DNA from: Candidatus Nanopelagicales bacterium
GTDB lineage: Bacteria > Actinomycetota > Actinomycetes > S36-B12
Reading direction: 5' to 3'
Assembly: GCA_009694585.1 (NCBI GenBank)
Contig: SHUQ01000003.1
Span: 590-64,589 of the forward strand
Length of the DNA stretch: 64,000 bases
Of this stretch, positions 47,244 through 58,184 are shown in pieces; position 1 is the stretch's first letter, and each line of letters begins with the position of its first letter. The notes beneath the pieces were generated by a model that did no database searches, was not told the origin of the DNA, and was given only the letters and a program-made list of their open reading frames with translations. Position numbers and translations under genes: made by a program.

Positions 47244-49049
47244 ATGGCTACCACCTCAACTCGTCAGCGCCCTAACCCACAGGCGAGAGTTGATTCACCA
47301 CGTGCTGGCCGTCCAGCGGCCAATTTGCGGCTCGGTAGTCCCTATAGGCGTGGTGGGATTCTGACATTGGTCATTGTCATTGTGCTCACCATTTTCGCAG
47401 CTCGACTTATCGATTTGCAGGCCGTGCGCGGTGAGTCCTTGGCATCTGCAGCCCTTGAGCAACGGCTACGGACGGTGCCCATTATGGCCGGGCGTGGAGC
47501 AATTGTTGATACCAATGGTGAGCCGCTAGCGGTAACAGTTGAAGCGCGAAATTTGACAGTAGATCAGACCTTGGTTACTGATCCCACAGCCGAAGCAATA
47601 GCTCTTTCGCCGCTCCTCGGGGTAGACATCGGTGAACTGATCACGCGCCTAACTGGTGATCGCCGGTTTGTTTATGTTGCCAAGGAGTTAACTCCAGATA
47701 CTTGGCGCCGAATCGAAGCACTTCGCTTGCCCGGTGTGTTCAGTGAGGAGACTGCGCGACGGATTTACCCCGGCGAGGACCTTGGTTCGAATGTCATTGG
47801 GTTTGTGGGTGCTGACGGCGCTGGCGCGGGCGGTATTGAATACGCATACGACGCGCTACTCGCCGGTACCGCTGGGAGTGTGACATTCGAGCGCGGGCCC
47901 GGCGGGCGTGCCATTCCAACCGCACAGCGCAACCAAGTTGACGCCACCGCCGGTGCCAGCGTTCAGTTGACAATTAATCGTGATATTCAGCACGTCGCGC
48001 AAGCTGCAATTGCGGCGCAGGTTGCAGCGACCCGGGCATATAGTGGCACTGTCGTCGTGATGGATCCAAAGACAGGCCAAATTTTGGCGCTGGCTGAAGC
48101 GCCCACTTTTAATGCCAATAAGGCAGGATCCGCAGCGGCGGCAGACCGCGGGAACCGGGCACTTAGTGACGTCTATGAGCCCGGGTCCACCAGTAAAGTC
48201 ATGACACTGGCCGCGGTTGTGGATCAAGGCATGGCGACCCCGTACTCGACCTTCACGGTGCCCAGCGGACTTAAGTGGGGTGACAAGGTTTTCCACGACA
48301 GTGCACCCCATGGAACTTTGCATCTAACTCTTGCTGGGGTAATGGCTAAGTCGAGCAATATGGGAACTATTTTGGCGGCTAAGCGAATTGGTGGGCGCAC
48401 CCTCTATGAATATTTGAAAAAATTCGGTATCGGCGAGAAGACTGGACTTAATTTCCCGGGCGAAAGTACCGGGAAGGTTCCTAAATATAGGGATTGGACG
48501 GCGACTTCATTTCCGACGATCGCTTATGGTCAGGGGCTAAGCGTTAATGCGGTACAGGCGGCCAGTGTTTATGCAACCATTGCAAACGATGGGGTGCGAG
48601 TGCAGCCCAGTTTGGTGGCTGGGGTGATACGTGAGGATGGGTCCGTTGAGCTGCCACCTGTGTCTGTTTCGACTCAAGTAGTTAGTGCCGAAACTGCGAA
48701 GCAGGTTCGTGCCATGCTGGAGAGCGTGGTTGGTGAGGGCGGAACCGGGACTAATGCAAAAATCCCCGGATATCGAATCGGTGGTAAGACTGGCACCGCA
48801 ATGTACGTTGACCCGTCATGTGGTTGCTACAACGGTGGAGTCGTAGCGTCATTTATCGGTCTGGCTCCTGCCGACAATGCGCAACTTGTTGTTGCGGTGA
48901 GTTTGGTGAACCCGCGCATTGGTCGATACGGTGGCGAGCTAGCAGCACCGGTATTTAAGAAAGTTATGACCTACGCCTTGCAGATCCAGCAAATACCTCC
49001 GACCGGCACTCGTCCGGCAAACCTAGCCTTGACTTTTGGCGGCGGGTAG
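47244..49049 (+). CDS. ftsI: Penicillin-binding protein (division transpeptidase FtsI/PbpB)
   Basis: 601 aa. N-terminal TM segment; transpeptidase motifs STSK, SSN and KTGT. Confidence 0.92.
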   Translation: MATTSTRQRPNPQARVDSPRAGRPAANLRLGSPYRRGGILTLVIVIVLTIFAARLIDLQAVRGESLASAALEQRLRTVPIMAGRGAIVDTNGEPLAVTVEARNLTVDQTLVTDPTAEAIALSPLLGVDIGELITRLTGDRRFVYVAKELTPDTWRRIEALRLPGVFSEETARRIYPGEDLGSNVIGFVGADGAGAGGIEYAYDALLAGTAGSVTFERGPGGRAIPTAQRNQVDATAGASVQLTINRDIQHVAQAAIAAQVAATRAYSGTVVVMDPKTGQILALAEAPTFNANKAGSAAAADRGNRALSDVYEPGSTSKVMTLAAVVDQGMATPYSTFTVPSGLKWGDKVFHDSAPHGTLHLTLAGVMAKSSNMGTILAAKRIGGRTLYEYLKKFGIGEKTGLNFPGESTGKVPKYRDWTATSFPTIAYGQGLSVNAVQAASVYATIANDGVRVQPSLVAGVIREDGSVELPPVSVSTQVVSAETAKQVRAMLESVVGEGGTGTNAKIPGYRIGGKTGTAMYVDPSCGCYNGGVVASFIGLAPADNAQLVVAVSLVNPRIGRYGGELAAPVFKKVMTYALQIQQIPPTGTRPANLALTFGGG

Positions 49050-49054
49050 GTTCG

Positions 49055-50596
49055 ATGACGGCAGTGCCACGGCCGATGCCGCGCACTACGACCCTCGCGG
49101 AGCTTTGTCCGACGACGGGTGGATTTACGATAATTGGCGACGGCACGGTAGCCATCTTTGGGCTGGAAATGGATTCCCGTGCGGTACAGCGCGGTGATCT
49201 ATTCGCGGCTTTACCCGGCCACCTCACCCACGGCTCGGCTTTTATAGATGCAGCTATCTTGGCTGGCGCTGCCGGCGTGTTGACCGATGCCGAAGGAGCG
49301 AGTGCCTTGGTGGAGGCGGGGCCGGTCGATTTCCCGATCGTGGTTGTGGAGAACCCGCGTCAACTTCTTGGGGTCTTGGCTGCGCAGGTCTATCAAACGT
49401 CGTCAGCTGCGGTGCTGAATGCACCCCTGCGCCTATTTGGTGTTACTGGTACCAATGGGAAGACTACGGTCACCTACCTGATTGAAGCTGGACTACGCGC
49501 TGCTGGTCGCGTGACTGGGCTAGTCGGCACAGTCGGGATACGCATTGGTGACGAATCAGTGAGTGCGATTCGCACTACTCCAGAAGCCCCGCATCTGCAT
49601 TCCCTGCTTGCCGTTATGCGTGAGCGCGGGGTTCAGGACGTAGCCATTGAAGTGTCCAGCCATGCGCTGATGGAAGGGCGCGTTAATGGACTTAGATTCT
49701 CGGTGGCGGCCTTCACTAATCTTTCACAAGATCATCTGGATTATCACGGCACCATGGACGCGTACTTCATGGCAAAGGCAGATCTATTCACCGAATCGCG
49801 GGCAGATCTAGGCGTCATTGGAATTGACACTCCTTGGGGTTTGCAGTTGGCGGCCGAGGCAACTATCCCGGTGACGACTTGGTCGAGTCAGGGGGCACCG
49901 GCTGATTGGACATTGCTAACTGTCGCTGGGCGAACTGTGGTCAGTGGTCCTAGAGGTGAGCAACAGGAACTTCAAAGTCGACTACTCGGTGCATTCAACA
50001 GGGCGAATATTTTGTGCGCGTATGTGATGCTTAGAAATGCTGGCGTTGCGCCCGATCATGCGGCGTCTGGAATCGCATCGGTGTCCGTGCCCGGACGAAT
50101 GGAGATCGTTGGCACTCGCGGCGGAATTACCGGCATGGTGGACTACGCGCATACCCCGGACGCAATCGCAAGTGCCATTGCGAGTGTAAGGGAGCATTGT
50201 GCTGGAGAACTGATCGTGGTTTTAGGCGCTGGCGGTGATCGGGACCGAAATAAGCGCGCTGAGATGGGTAAATCAGCCGCTCTGCTTGCTGATCACGTTA
50301 TCGTGACTGATGACAATCCAAGATCAGAAGACCCAGCGCTAATTCGCGCTGCGATATTGAAGGGAGCCGGCGCCGTGACCGCGTCCAGCCGAGGTGAACT
50401 CGCCGCAGTCACGGAAGTTGCCGATCGCCGTACCGCGATTGTGCAGGCGGTAGCGGGCGCTCACGCAGGGGATTTTGTGCTCCTTCTCGGTAAGGGCCAT
50501 GAGCAGGGCCAGGAGATGGCTGGTGTCATGCTTCCCTTTGATGACCGCGATGAGTTGGCCGCAGCACTTGAAAGTCAAGCTGGACCTGACTCATGA
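49055..50596 (+). CDS. murE: UDP-N-acetylmuramoyl-L-alanyl-D-glutamate--2,6-diaminopimelate ligase
   Basis: 513 aa. Motifs GVTGTNGKTT and DNPRSE. Confidence 0.93.
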   Translation: MTAVPRPMPRTTTLAELCPTTGGFTIIGDGTVAIFGLEMDSRAVQRGDLFAALPGHLTHGSAFIDAAILAGAAGVLTDAEGASALVEAGPVDFPIVVVENPRQLLGVLAAQVYQTSSAAVLNAPLRLFGVTGTNGKTTVTYLIEAGLRAAGRVTGLVGTVGIRIGDESVSAIRTTPEAPHLHSLLAVMRERGVQDVAIEVSSHALMEGRVNGLRFSVAAFTNLSQDHLDYHGTMDAYFMAKADLFTESRADLGVIGIDTPWGLQLAAEATIPVTTWSSQGAPADWTLLTVAGRTVVSGPRGEQQELQSRLLGAFNRANILCAYVMLRNAGVAPDHAASGIASVSVPGRMEIVGTRGGITGMVDYAHTPDAIASAIASVREHCAGELIVVLGAGGDRDRNKRAEMGKSAALLADHVIVTDDNPRSEDPALIRAAILKGAGAVTASSRGELAAVTEVADRRTAIVQAVAGAHAGDFVLLLGKGHEQGQEMAGVMLPFDDRDELAAALESQAGPDS

Positions 50597-51969
50597 TTCC
50601 CATGAGCGTTGCAGAGATAGCGAATATTGTTAATGGAAAGGCGCACCGGGTCGATTCATCGGTGCTTGTAAACGAGGTAGTTACGGATTCGCGGCAGGCA
50701 GTACCCGGGGCGATGTTCGTGGCCATCTGCGGCGAGAACGCTGACGGCCATGACTTTGCCGCCACAGCTGTTGAAAATGGGGCAGCGATTGTTCTAGCTG
50801 GTCGACCACTTGATGTGCCCTGCATCGTGGTAGCTGATCCGGTGCTGGCCTTGGGTGCGCTAGCCCACTGGGTGCGCAAAAACAGACTTTCCTGCAAGGT
50901 GATTGCGATCACCGGATCTAGCGGTAAGACCAGCACCAAAGACGTTCTCGCTCAAGTTCTGTCAACTGCAGGGAGCGCGGTCGCCGCTGTTGGTTCTTTT
51001 AATACAGAAATTGGTGTTCCGCTCACTATCTTGCAGGCCGAAGCTGCCACGGAGTTTTTGGTCCTTGAAATGGGAATGCGAGGGCTTGGTCATCTGACCT
51101 ATCTCACCGAGATTGCCGAACCCGATATCGCGGCCATCGTGAATATCGGATCCGCCCATGTCGGGGTGGTCGGAACAATTGACATGGTGGCGAATGCAAA
51201 GGGCGAAATAATTGCAACCTTGCCGAGCAGTGGTTTTGCAATTCTTAATTGCGATGATCCTCAGGTAATGGCGCAAGTTGGGCGCACGGTGGCCCAAGTG
51301 GTTACTTGCGGTGAGGCTGCAGGTAGTGACATCCGAGCAACCGATGTACGTGTCGACGATCAAGCGCGGGCCGCATTTACACTTACAATCGGTGACGCTA
51401 GTGCGCCGGTCACTCTGCAATACCACGGTCGACATTTTGTTTCGAATGCCCTGATCGCGGCCGGTGTCGCGCACTCGGTCGGAATTTGCATTGAGAATAT
51501 TGCCATGGCGTTGCGGGCAGCTACTCCGACAAGTAAATGGCGGATGGAGGTGCACCACCTACCCGGCGGCGTTACCTTGATAAATGATGCATACAACGCC
51601 AATCCTGAGTCGGTGCGAGCTGCAGTCGATACCCTTGCCGCCATGGCCGCCGGCCGGCGCACTTGGTTGGTTCTTGGTGAAATGCGCGAACTTGGTGGGT
51701 CGGCTGAAATCGAGCACACAAAAATTGGCGAATATGTCGCTGCGCATGGAATAGATGAACTTATGTGCGTAGGCGAGGGTGCGCACCCTGCGTATTTGGC
51801 GGCGAATGGGATTTCGACGATCAACTCCTCGTGGGTCCCCGATCCTGAAGGCGCGATTATTGCCCTAGAGAGTGGCCTGGCGCCAGGTGATGTCGCGTTG
51901 ATTAAAGCCTCACGGGGCATTGGCCTCGAGGTTGTAGTTTCGGCCCTGCTGCAAGCAGGTGTTGCATGA
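50593..51969 (+). CDS. murF: UDP-N-acetylmuramoyl-tripeptide--D-alanyl-D-alanine ligase
   Basis: 458 aa. Motif ITGSSGKTSTKD. ATGA overlap with the upstream gene. Confidence 0.93.
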   Translation: MIPMSVAEIANIVNGKAHRVDSSVLVNEVVTDSRQAVPGAMFVAICGENADGHDFAATAVENGAAIVLAGRPLDVPCIVVADPVLALGALAHWVRKNRLSCKVIAITGSSGKTSTKDVLAQVLSTAGSAVAAVGSFNTEIGVPLTILQAEAATEFLVLEMGMRGLGHLTYLTEIAEPDIAAIVNIGSAHVGVVGTIDMVANAKGEIIATLPSSGFAILNCDDPQVMAQVGRTVAQVVTCGEAAGSDIRATDVRVDDQARAAFTLTIGDASAPVTLQYHGRHFVSNALIAAGVAHSVGICIENIAMALRAATPTSKWRMEVHHLPGGVTLINDAYNANPESVRAAVDTLAAMAAGRRTWLVLGEMRELGGSAEIEHTKIGEYVAAHGIDELMCVGEGAHPAYLAANGISTINSSWVPDPEGAIIALESGLAPGDVALIKASRGIGLEVVVSALLQAGVA

Positions 51970-53030
51970 GGCTGGTAGTCATCGCCGGGGCGATCGCGAC
52001 GATAATCTCGCTGATCGGTACACCGATCTTAATTAAGTTGTTGAGCCGGCGTGGTTATGCACAGGCGATCCGAGTCTCGTCGGAGGCTGGCAACTATCCG
52101 GCACACGAAGGCAAGCGCGGCACCCCGTCAATGGGCGGGGTCGCAATCTTGGCGGGTGTACTTGCTGGCTACTTCATCACCCATTTGGTCACTTGGCGCC
52201 CACTGACCGCATCTGGATTACTTATTTTGTTCTTGATGGTCGGCCTCGGAATAGTCGGCCTAGCTGACGACTACCTGAAGATTTTCAAACAGCGCAGTAC
52301 CGGCCTGCGAGTGCGCACCAAACTAATTGGTCAAGCGGTGGTCGCACTGGCATTTGCGTGGCTGTCACTGCAATTTCCAGTGGATGGCAGTACACCGGCA
52401 TCTATGGCCGTGTCATTCGTGCGCGACACCTCGCTGGTACTTCCACTTGGGCTATTTCTGCTTTGGATCTGGTTCTTGGTTACGGCCACCACTAACGGAG
52501 TGAATCTCACCGATGGGCTAGACGGCTTAGCCGTCGGCGCGTCAACGATGACCTTTCTCGCATATGTCTTCATAAGTATTTGGCAGTACGGCCAAAATTG
52601 TGCATTTGCTGCTACCTCAACTTGCTACTCAACTTTGAACCCGCTGGATCTGTCAATTGTGGCCGCATCCGCGGCCGGGGCCTGTTTTGGGTTCCTATGG
52701 TGGAACACCGCACCTGCGCGCATCTTTATGGGCGACACCGGCTCCTTGGCACTGGGTGGCGGTATTGCGGGATTGGCCGTGCTGTCGCGGACCGAACTAC
52801 TCTTGCCCTTACTGGCCGGTCTTTTTTTAATCACCGCTTTGTCGGTGATTGGGCAAGTGGGGTCCTTCAAGTTAACAGGGCGGCGCATCCTGCGCATGGC
52901 GCCGTTGCATCATCATTTTGAAATGCTGGGCTGGCTCGAGATTCAGATCGTGGTCCGTTTCTGGATTATTCAAGGGCTGTGTATCGGTGCTGGGCTCACC
53001 CTTTTCTATGCCGAATGGGTGCGCGCATGA
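51966..53030 (+). CDS. mraY: Phospho-N-acetylmuramoyl-pentapeptide transferase
   Basis: 354 aa polytopic membrane protein. Motifs NLTDGLDGLA and HHHFE. Confidence 0.95.
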   Translation: MRLVVIAGAIATIISLIGTPILIKLLSRRGYAQAIRVSSEAGNYPAHEGKRGTPSMGGVAILAGVLAGYFITHLVTWRPLTASGLLILFLMVGLGIVGLADDYLKIFKQRSTGLRVRTKLIGQAVVALAFAWLSLQFPVDGSTPASMAVSFVRDTSLVLPLGLFLLWIWFLVTATTNGVNLTDGLDGLAVGASTMTFLAYVFISIWQYGQNCAFAATSTCYSTLNPLDLSIVAASAAGACFGFLWWNTAPARIFMGDTGSLALGGGIAGLAVLSRTELLLPLLAGLFLITALSVIGQVGSFKLTGRRILRMAPLHHHFEMLGWLEIQIVVRFWIIQGLCIGAGLTLFYAEWVRA

Positions 53031-54469
53031 TCTCGGCATTGTGTCGTGATTCTGACTGGTCGCAACTTCACGTGGTGGTTGCAGGCATCGGTATTGCCGG
53101 ATACGCATGTGCCGATGCCCTCATGCAATTAGGTGCGAGGGTTACGGTTGTCGATGGCGGTGCGGGGCCAAAGCAGCAAGAGCGCGCTGAGATTTTGCGC
53201 ACCCTTGAGGTGGAAGTGCTACTTGGCTACTCCGGCGACGCCCCGGACTGCGACTTGTTAATAGTTTCACCCGGGCTGCGCCCGTCACACCAACTGATCA
53301 CCACCGCCATCGCGGGCGGTATCCCGGTCTGGGGTGAACTGGAGTTAGCCTGGCGGCTACGACCGATGGACGCCCCGGCACCGTGGCTGATGATCACTGG
53401 CACCAACGGCAAAACGACCACCACCATGATGTTGGAATCGATGCTGCGAGCAGGTGGTTTTAATGCGGTGGCGGCTGGCAACATTGGCACCAGCCTCGTT
53501 GATGTGGTTATGCATGACTCATATGAGGTGATCGCGATAGAGGTTGGCGCACCGCAGTTACCTTTTGTCCACTCCATAAGTCCGCATTCGGCAGTCTGCG
53601 TGAACATTGCAGATGATCACCTCGATCATTTTGGGTCGAAGGCGGCGTACGTGGCGGCGAAAGCCAAGATCTTTGAGAACACCCAAGTTGCCGCCGTCTA
53701 TAACGCCGATGATGAGGTAACAAGGGTCTTGGTGGAGGAGGCGGATGTAGTCGAAGGGTGTCGAGCTATCGGCTTTACCCTCGGGGTGCCGGGCCTTTCA
53801 ATGCTCGGCGTGGTGGACGGGGCTTTGGTCGACCGGGCATTTATCCCGAATCGTCAAGATGTGGCTCAGGAGGTGGCGCTCGTAAGTGATGTGCAACCAA
53901 ATGCTCCACATAATGTGGCCAATGCGCTAGCGGCAGCGGCACTCGCTCGGGCCTTCGGGGTGCCGGCAACTGCGATCTCGCTGGGGCTTAGGGCTTTTGT
54001 ACCCGCAGCCCACCGCATTGCCCACGTGGCGACGGTGGCCGGGGTGCATTTCGTGGACGACTCCAAAGCCACCAATACTCACGCGGCTTTGACCTCGCTC
54101 CTGGCTTATCCGCGGGTAGTTTGGCTCGCGGGTGGGATGGCCAAGGGGCAGGATTTTTCCGACTTAGTCCAACAGGCCCGCACACATTTACGTGCCGTCA
54201 TTGTCATTGGGGTGGATCAGGCGGTGATTGCCGAATCGGTGTCACGACACGCCCCAGATGTCCCCGTCTTGAGTATGGATCGGACCGACACTGGTGTCAT
54301 GCGAGAGGTCGTCGAGGCGGCCATGGGTTTCGCGAAACCGGGTGACACCGTGCTGCTGGCCCCGGGTTGCGCTTCTTGGGACATGTTCAACGATTACGGC
54401 CATCGGGGCACGGCTTTTGCCGATGCGGTGCACGACTTGGCGTTAACTACTTCAGGTGGTGCGGGGTGA
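53027..54469 (+). CDS. murD: UDP-N-acetylmuramoylalanine--D-glutamate ligase
   Basis: Start taken at ATG 53027 (ATGA overlap). Motif ITGTNGKTTT. Confidence 0.92.
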   Translation: MISALCRDSDWSQLHVVVAGIGIAGYACADALMQLGARVTVVDGGAGPKQQERAEILRTLEVEVLLGYSGDAPDCDLLIVSPGLRPSHQLITTAIAGGIPVWGELELAWRLRPMDAPAPWLMITGTNGKTTTTMMLESMLRAGGFNAVAAGNIGTSLVDVVMHDSYEVIAIEVGAPQLPFVHSISPHSAVCVNIADDHLDHFGSKAAYVAAKAKIFENTQVAAVYNADDEVTRVLVEEADVVEGCRAIGFTLGVPGLSMLGVVDGALVDRAFIPNRQDVAQEVALVSDVQPNAPHNVANALAAAALARAFGVPATAISLGLRAFVPAAHRIAHVATVAGVHFVDDSKATNTHAALTSLLAYPRVVWLAGGMAKGQDFSDLVQQARTHLRAVIVIGVDQAVIAESVSRHAPDVPVLSMDRTDTGVMREVVEAAMGFAKPGDTVLLAPGCASWDMFNDYGHRGTAFADAVHDLALTTSGGAG

Positions 54470-55683
54470 CCGCCGTCGACACTGACGCGGTGCCGACCGC
54501 GTCGGCGCGGCGGGTATCCGTGCGAGTCAAATTACTTCTTGATCACCCCCTAAGCACCTATTACCTGCTTATCGGCGCATCGTTGTTGCTGCTTATTCTT
54601 GGCTTGGTCATGGTCTTGTCCGCCTCGAGTATTGAAAGCTATCGAGTGTTTGGATCTGCGTACACCTTGGCACAAAGACAGGCGATGTTCGCGGTCATCG
54701 GCGTGATCGTGATGATCTTCGCGGCCCGCACCTCGATCCAGTTCTGGCGCGCTATTTCCTGGTACCAACTCGGTGTGTGCTTGCTGCTACTGATAGCGGT
54801 TTTACTAATTGGAGTTGAGGTTGCCGGTCAGCGCAACTGGATTGATCTATTCGGCCCATTTCGGCTGCAGCCAAGTGAATTCGCCAAGTTTGCACTTATC
54901 GTTTGGGGTGCTGACCTGCTTACTCGCAAGAGCCACTTGCTGAATAACTGGAAGCACTTGCTTATTCCGTTGTTACCGGTAAGCGGACTAATGATGGTCC
55001 TGGTTCTATTGGAAGGTGACTTCGGCAACGCATTCATGCTGGCGGCAATCACCTGCGGCATGCTCTTTGCAGTCGGTGCTCCGATGCGACTGTTCGCACT
55101 TTTTGCCGGACTTGGCGCCCTAAGCATCTGGCTGCTAGCAATTGCTGCGCCTTACCGGATGGATAGATTCTCCGCTTGGCTAAATCCAGGCAATGACCGC
55201 TTGGGTGTGGACTGGCAGGTAACCCAGGGCCAGTACGCACTAGGTACCGGTGGTTTTTGGGGAGTGGGTCTGGGTGCGAGCCGTGAAAAGTGGGGGTCCT
55301 TACCTGAAGCCCACACCGATTTTATTTTTCCGGTCATAGGTGAAGAACTCGGATTGGTTGGCACCTTGGCGGTGCTTGGGTTATTTGCTATTTCGGCGTT
55401 CGCGATCTTCCGGCTTAGCAGGACGACCAGTGATGGGTTTGTGCGCGTTTCCGCAGCCGGTGTTGGATCATGGATTTTGTTCCAGGCAATTTTGAATATA
55501 GGTGCGGTTCTTGGCCTGCTACCCATCACCGGAGTTCCGCTACCGCTTGTTTCGTACGGCGGATCTTCGCTACTTCCAATTCTTGCTGCCATCGGCATGC
55601 TCCTAGCATTAGCTCGCCAAGAACCATCAGCCAGAACCGCACTGCGTCGCAAGTCGACGGCAATGTCACTGCGACGAAGGTAA
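54466..55683 (+). CDS. ftsW: Peptidoglycan glycosyltransferase FtsW (SEDS family)
   Basis: Start taken at GTG 54466 (GTGA overlap). Ten-TM SEDS pattern with PEAHTDFIF. Confidence 0.92.
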   Translation: MTAVDTDAVPTASARRVSVRVKLLLDHPLSTYYLLIGASLLLLILGLVMVLSASSIESYRVFGSAYTLAQRQAMFAVIGVIVMIFAARTSIQFWRAISWYQLGVCLLLLIAVLLIGVEVAGQRNWIDLFGPFRLQPSEFAKFALIVWGADLLTRKSHLLNNWKHLLIPLLPVSGLMMVLVLLEGDFGNAFMLAAITCGMLFAVGAPMRLFALFAGLGALSIWLLAIAAPYRMDRFSAWLNPGNDRLGVDWQVTQGQYALGTGGFWGVGLGASREKWGSLPEAHTDFIFPVIGEELGLVGTLAVLGLFAISAFAIFRLSRTTSDGFVRVSAAGVGSWILFQAILNIGAVLGLLPITGVPLPLVSYGGSSLLPILAAIGMLLALARQEPSARTALRRKSTAMSLRRR

Positions 55684-55686
55684 CTA

Positions 55687-56784
55687 ATGTCTGCGCGCCC
55701 ACTTAGTGTCGTGCTAGCCGCCGGTGGTACAGCCGGGCACATCGAACCGGCCCTTAATCTTGCGGACGAAATAATCGCCCTTAACCCGGATACTCGCATT
55801 ACGGTTATCGGTGGTGACCGCGGCCTTGAAGCTACTTTGGTGCCCGCTCGCGGCTACCCATTGTTGAGCGTGCCATCAGTTCCGATGCCACGGCGTCCCA
55901 CCTTGGATCTTTTGCTGCTATGGCCACGGCAGCGGGTCGCCAAGAAATTGGCCAAAGCCCATTTGCGGGAATTGCAAGCCGATGTGGTAGTCGGATTTGG
56001 TGGTTATGCAGCACTACCGACTTATCTGGCGGCCCGTGAATTGCGTATCCCGGTGGTGGTACACGAAGCTAATGCACGAGCTGGTTTGGCCAATAGGGTT
56101 GCCGCGCGATTCACCTCGCTCATTTACGTCTCGGTGCCTGGTGCGATGCCAGGTGGCCAAGCAATGGGCTTGCCCTTGCGGCCGGCAATCGCTCGCCTGG
56201 AGCGAAGTAGCGCACGGTCGGCGGCATTGGCGAGTTTCGGACTAGCTGGTGACCAGCCGGTCCTTCTAGTTTTTGGTGGTTCCCAAGGTGCTCAACACCT
56301 AAATAGTGCCTTAGCTGGGGCATTACCTGATCTGCTAGGTGCTGGGATCTCAGTGCTGCACTCCTATGGGTCGAAGAATGCGGCGCCTATGAGTCGGCCG
56401 GGGTATGTGCCAATTGCCTATATCGATCAGATGGACTTGGCTTATGCGGCCGCTGACTTAGCCGTTACTCGTGCGGGTGCGATGACCTGCGCCGAGATGT
56501 CAGCTGTTGGCCTACCGGCAATTTATGTGCCGCTGCCAATAGGTAATGGTGAACAAAGACTCAATGCCGTGCCGATTGTCGAGGCGGGGGGCGGGCTTTA
56601 TGTCGCTGACTCAGATTGCACCGCGGAGTGGCTGAACACAACGGTGCCACCGCTCATGCACGATGTCGAGAAGTTAGCGGCGATGGGTGCTGCCGCAGCG
56701 GGTTTGGGTGACCGCGATGCCGGTCGACAATTCGCTGAAGTAATAGCGAGAGTAGCTATGACACGTAAGAGAGGTACCGCGTGA
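55687..56784 (+). CDS. murG: Undecaprenyldiphospho-muramoylpentapeptide beta-N-acetylglucosaminyltransferase
   Basis: 365 aa. Motif AGGTAGHIEPAL. Confidence 0.93.
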   Translation: MSARPLSVVLAAGGTAGHIEPALNLADEIIALNPDTRITVIGGDRGLEATLVPARGYPLLSVPSVPMPRRPTLDLLLLWPRQRVAKKLAKAHLRELQADVVVGFGGYAALPTYLAARELRIPVVVHEANARAGLANRVAARFTSLIYVSVPGAMPGGQAMGLPLRPAIARLERSSARSAALASFGLAGDQPVLLVFGGSQGAQHLNSALAGALPDLLGAGISVLHSYGSKNAAPMSRPGYVPIAYIDQMDLAYAAADLAVTRAGAMTCAEMSAVGLPAIYVPLPIGNGEQRLNAVPIVEAGGGLYVADSDCTAEWLNTTVPPLMHDVEKLAAMGAAAAGLGDRDAGRQFAEVIARVAMTRKRGTA

Positions 56785-58184
56785 TGGCAGCACAAATTTC
56801 AACCGATCTTGGGCGGGTACATATCGTTGGCATTGGCGGGGCAGGCATGTCGGGTATTGCGCGCATCATGGTGGCGCAAGGGATCCAGGTCTCTGGTAGT
56901 GACGCCAAGGACTCGCGGCGGCTGCAGGCTCTGCATGCGATTGGCGTTAAGACTCATGTTGGTCATGATGCTGCACTTATCGGTGGGATAGACACGCTTG
57001 TGTATTCAACTGCTATCCCCGCGGACAACCCCGAGCGCATGGCCGCTGCGGCCAGTGGGATCCGCGTGCTCACTCGAGCAGATGCGCTTGCCTTTGTCAT
57101 GCGGGGGAGCCGAACAGTTGCGGTATCTGGTGCCCATGGCAAGACCACCACCACCTCTATGCTCACGGTCGCTTTGCAGCACTGCGGTGCTGATCCGTCA
57201 TTTGCGATCGGAAGTGAACTGAACGAATCGGGATCCAATGCCCATCTTGGCAGTGGTGATATTTTTGTGGTTGAGGCCGATGAGAGTGACGGAACCTTCC
57301 TAAAACTTGGCCCAACGGCGGCTATTGTCACCAATGTCGAAGCTGACCATCTGAACTATTGGGGGAACTTCGAAGCGATCGAGCAAGCCTTCGTTGATTT
57401 CGCGCTGCAGGTAAGAACCCGTTCTGGGTTTATCGTCGTGTGTATAGACGATGCAGGAGGTGCCCGGCTAGTGGCACAGGCTCGGGCTATGGGTGTTGAC
57501 GTGCGCACTTATGGGGAGTCGACTGACGCCGATTATCGATTGACTGGGGCGGCGCTGGTCGACAGGGGCTGGCACTTCAATGTTGAGTGTTGCGGCAAAG
57601 TCATCGGACAGATCCAATTGCAAGTCCCGGGTCGACACAATGCGCTAAACGCCACGGCTGCCTTTGTCACGGCGGTTGGTCTTGGCTTTGACCCGCATTC
57701 GGTTCAAGTGGGCCTGGGCGGGTTCAGCGGCACCCGCCGCCGTTTTGATTTCAAAGGTGAAGTCGGCGGTGTCCGGGTTTTTGATGATTACGCCCATCAC
57801 CCAACAGAAATCGCTGCAACCTTGACCGCCGCCCGCGATGTCGCTGGCGCTGGCAGGCTTATCGTGGCATTTCAGGCGCACCACTACTACCGCACGGCAA
57901 TGTACTTAGCGGAGTTTGGTGCAGCACTGGGTTTAGCCGATGACGTAGTTGTGCTCGAAGTTTTCGCTCCGGGTGAAACTCCAATTCCAGGAGTCAGCGG
58001 CTTAGCCATGGCAGCACAAGTGCCGCTGGGTTCAGCCCATGTGGTCTTTGAGCCTTCTTGGTCTGCGGTGGCCGGTCAACTAGCTGATCGGGCGCGGCCC
58101 GGCGATGTCGTCATGACTTTGGGCGCCGGTGATATCGGGCTGATCGCGCTGGAGATCTTAGATATTTTGCGGGAGCGAGGATGA
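56781..58184 (+). CDS. murC: UDP-N-acetylmuramate--L-alanine ligase
   Basis: 467 aa. Motifs GIGGAGMSG and GAHGKTTTTS. The start is GTG 56781 or ATG 56784. Confidence 0.93.
   Translation: MMAAQISTDLGRVHIVGIGGAGMSGIARIMVAQGIQVSGSDAKDSRRLQALHAIGVKTHVGHDAALIGGIDTLVYSTAIPADNPERMAAAASGIRVLTRADALAFVMRGSRTVAVSGAHGKTTTTSMLTVALQHCGADPSFAIGSELNESGSNAHLGSGDIFVVEADESDGTFLKLGPTAAIVTNVEADHLNYWGNFEAIEQAFVDFALQVRTRSGFIVVCIDDAGGARLVAQARAMGVDVRTYGESTDADYRLTGAALVDRGWHFNVECCGKVIGQIQLQVPGRHNALNATAAFVTAVGLGFDPHSVQVGLGGFSGTRRRFDFKGEVGGVRVFDDYAHHPTEIAATLTAARDVAGAGRLIVAFQAHHYYRTAMYLAEFGAALGLADDVVVLEVFAPGETPIPGVSGLAMAAQVPLGSAHVVFEPSWSAVAGQLADRARPGDVVMTLGAGDIGLIALEILDILRERG

Noticed and set aside
55152-55799. 215-aa minus-strand ORF antisense to ftsW and murG
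   Set aside because: An antisense artefact that spans a gene junction. No motifs.
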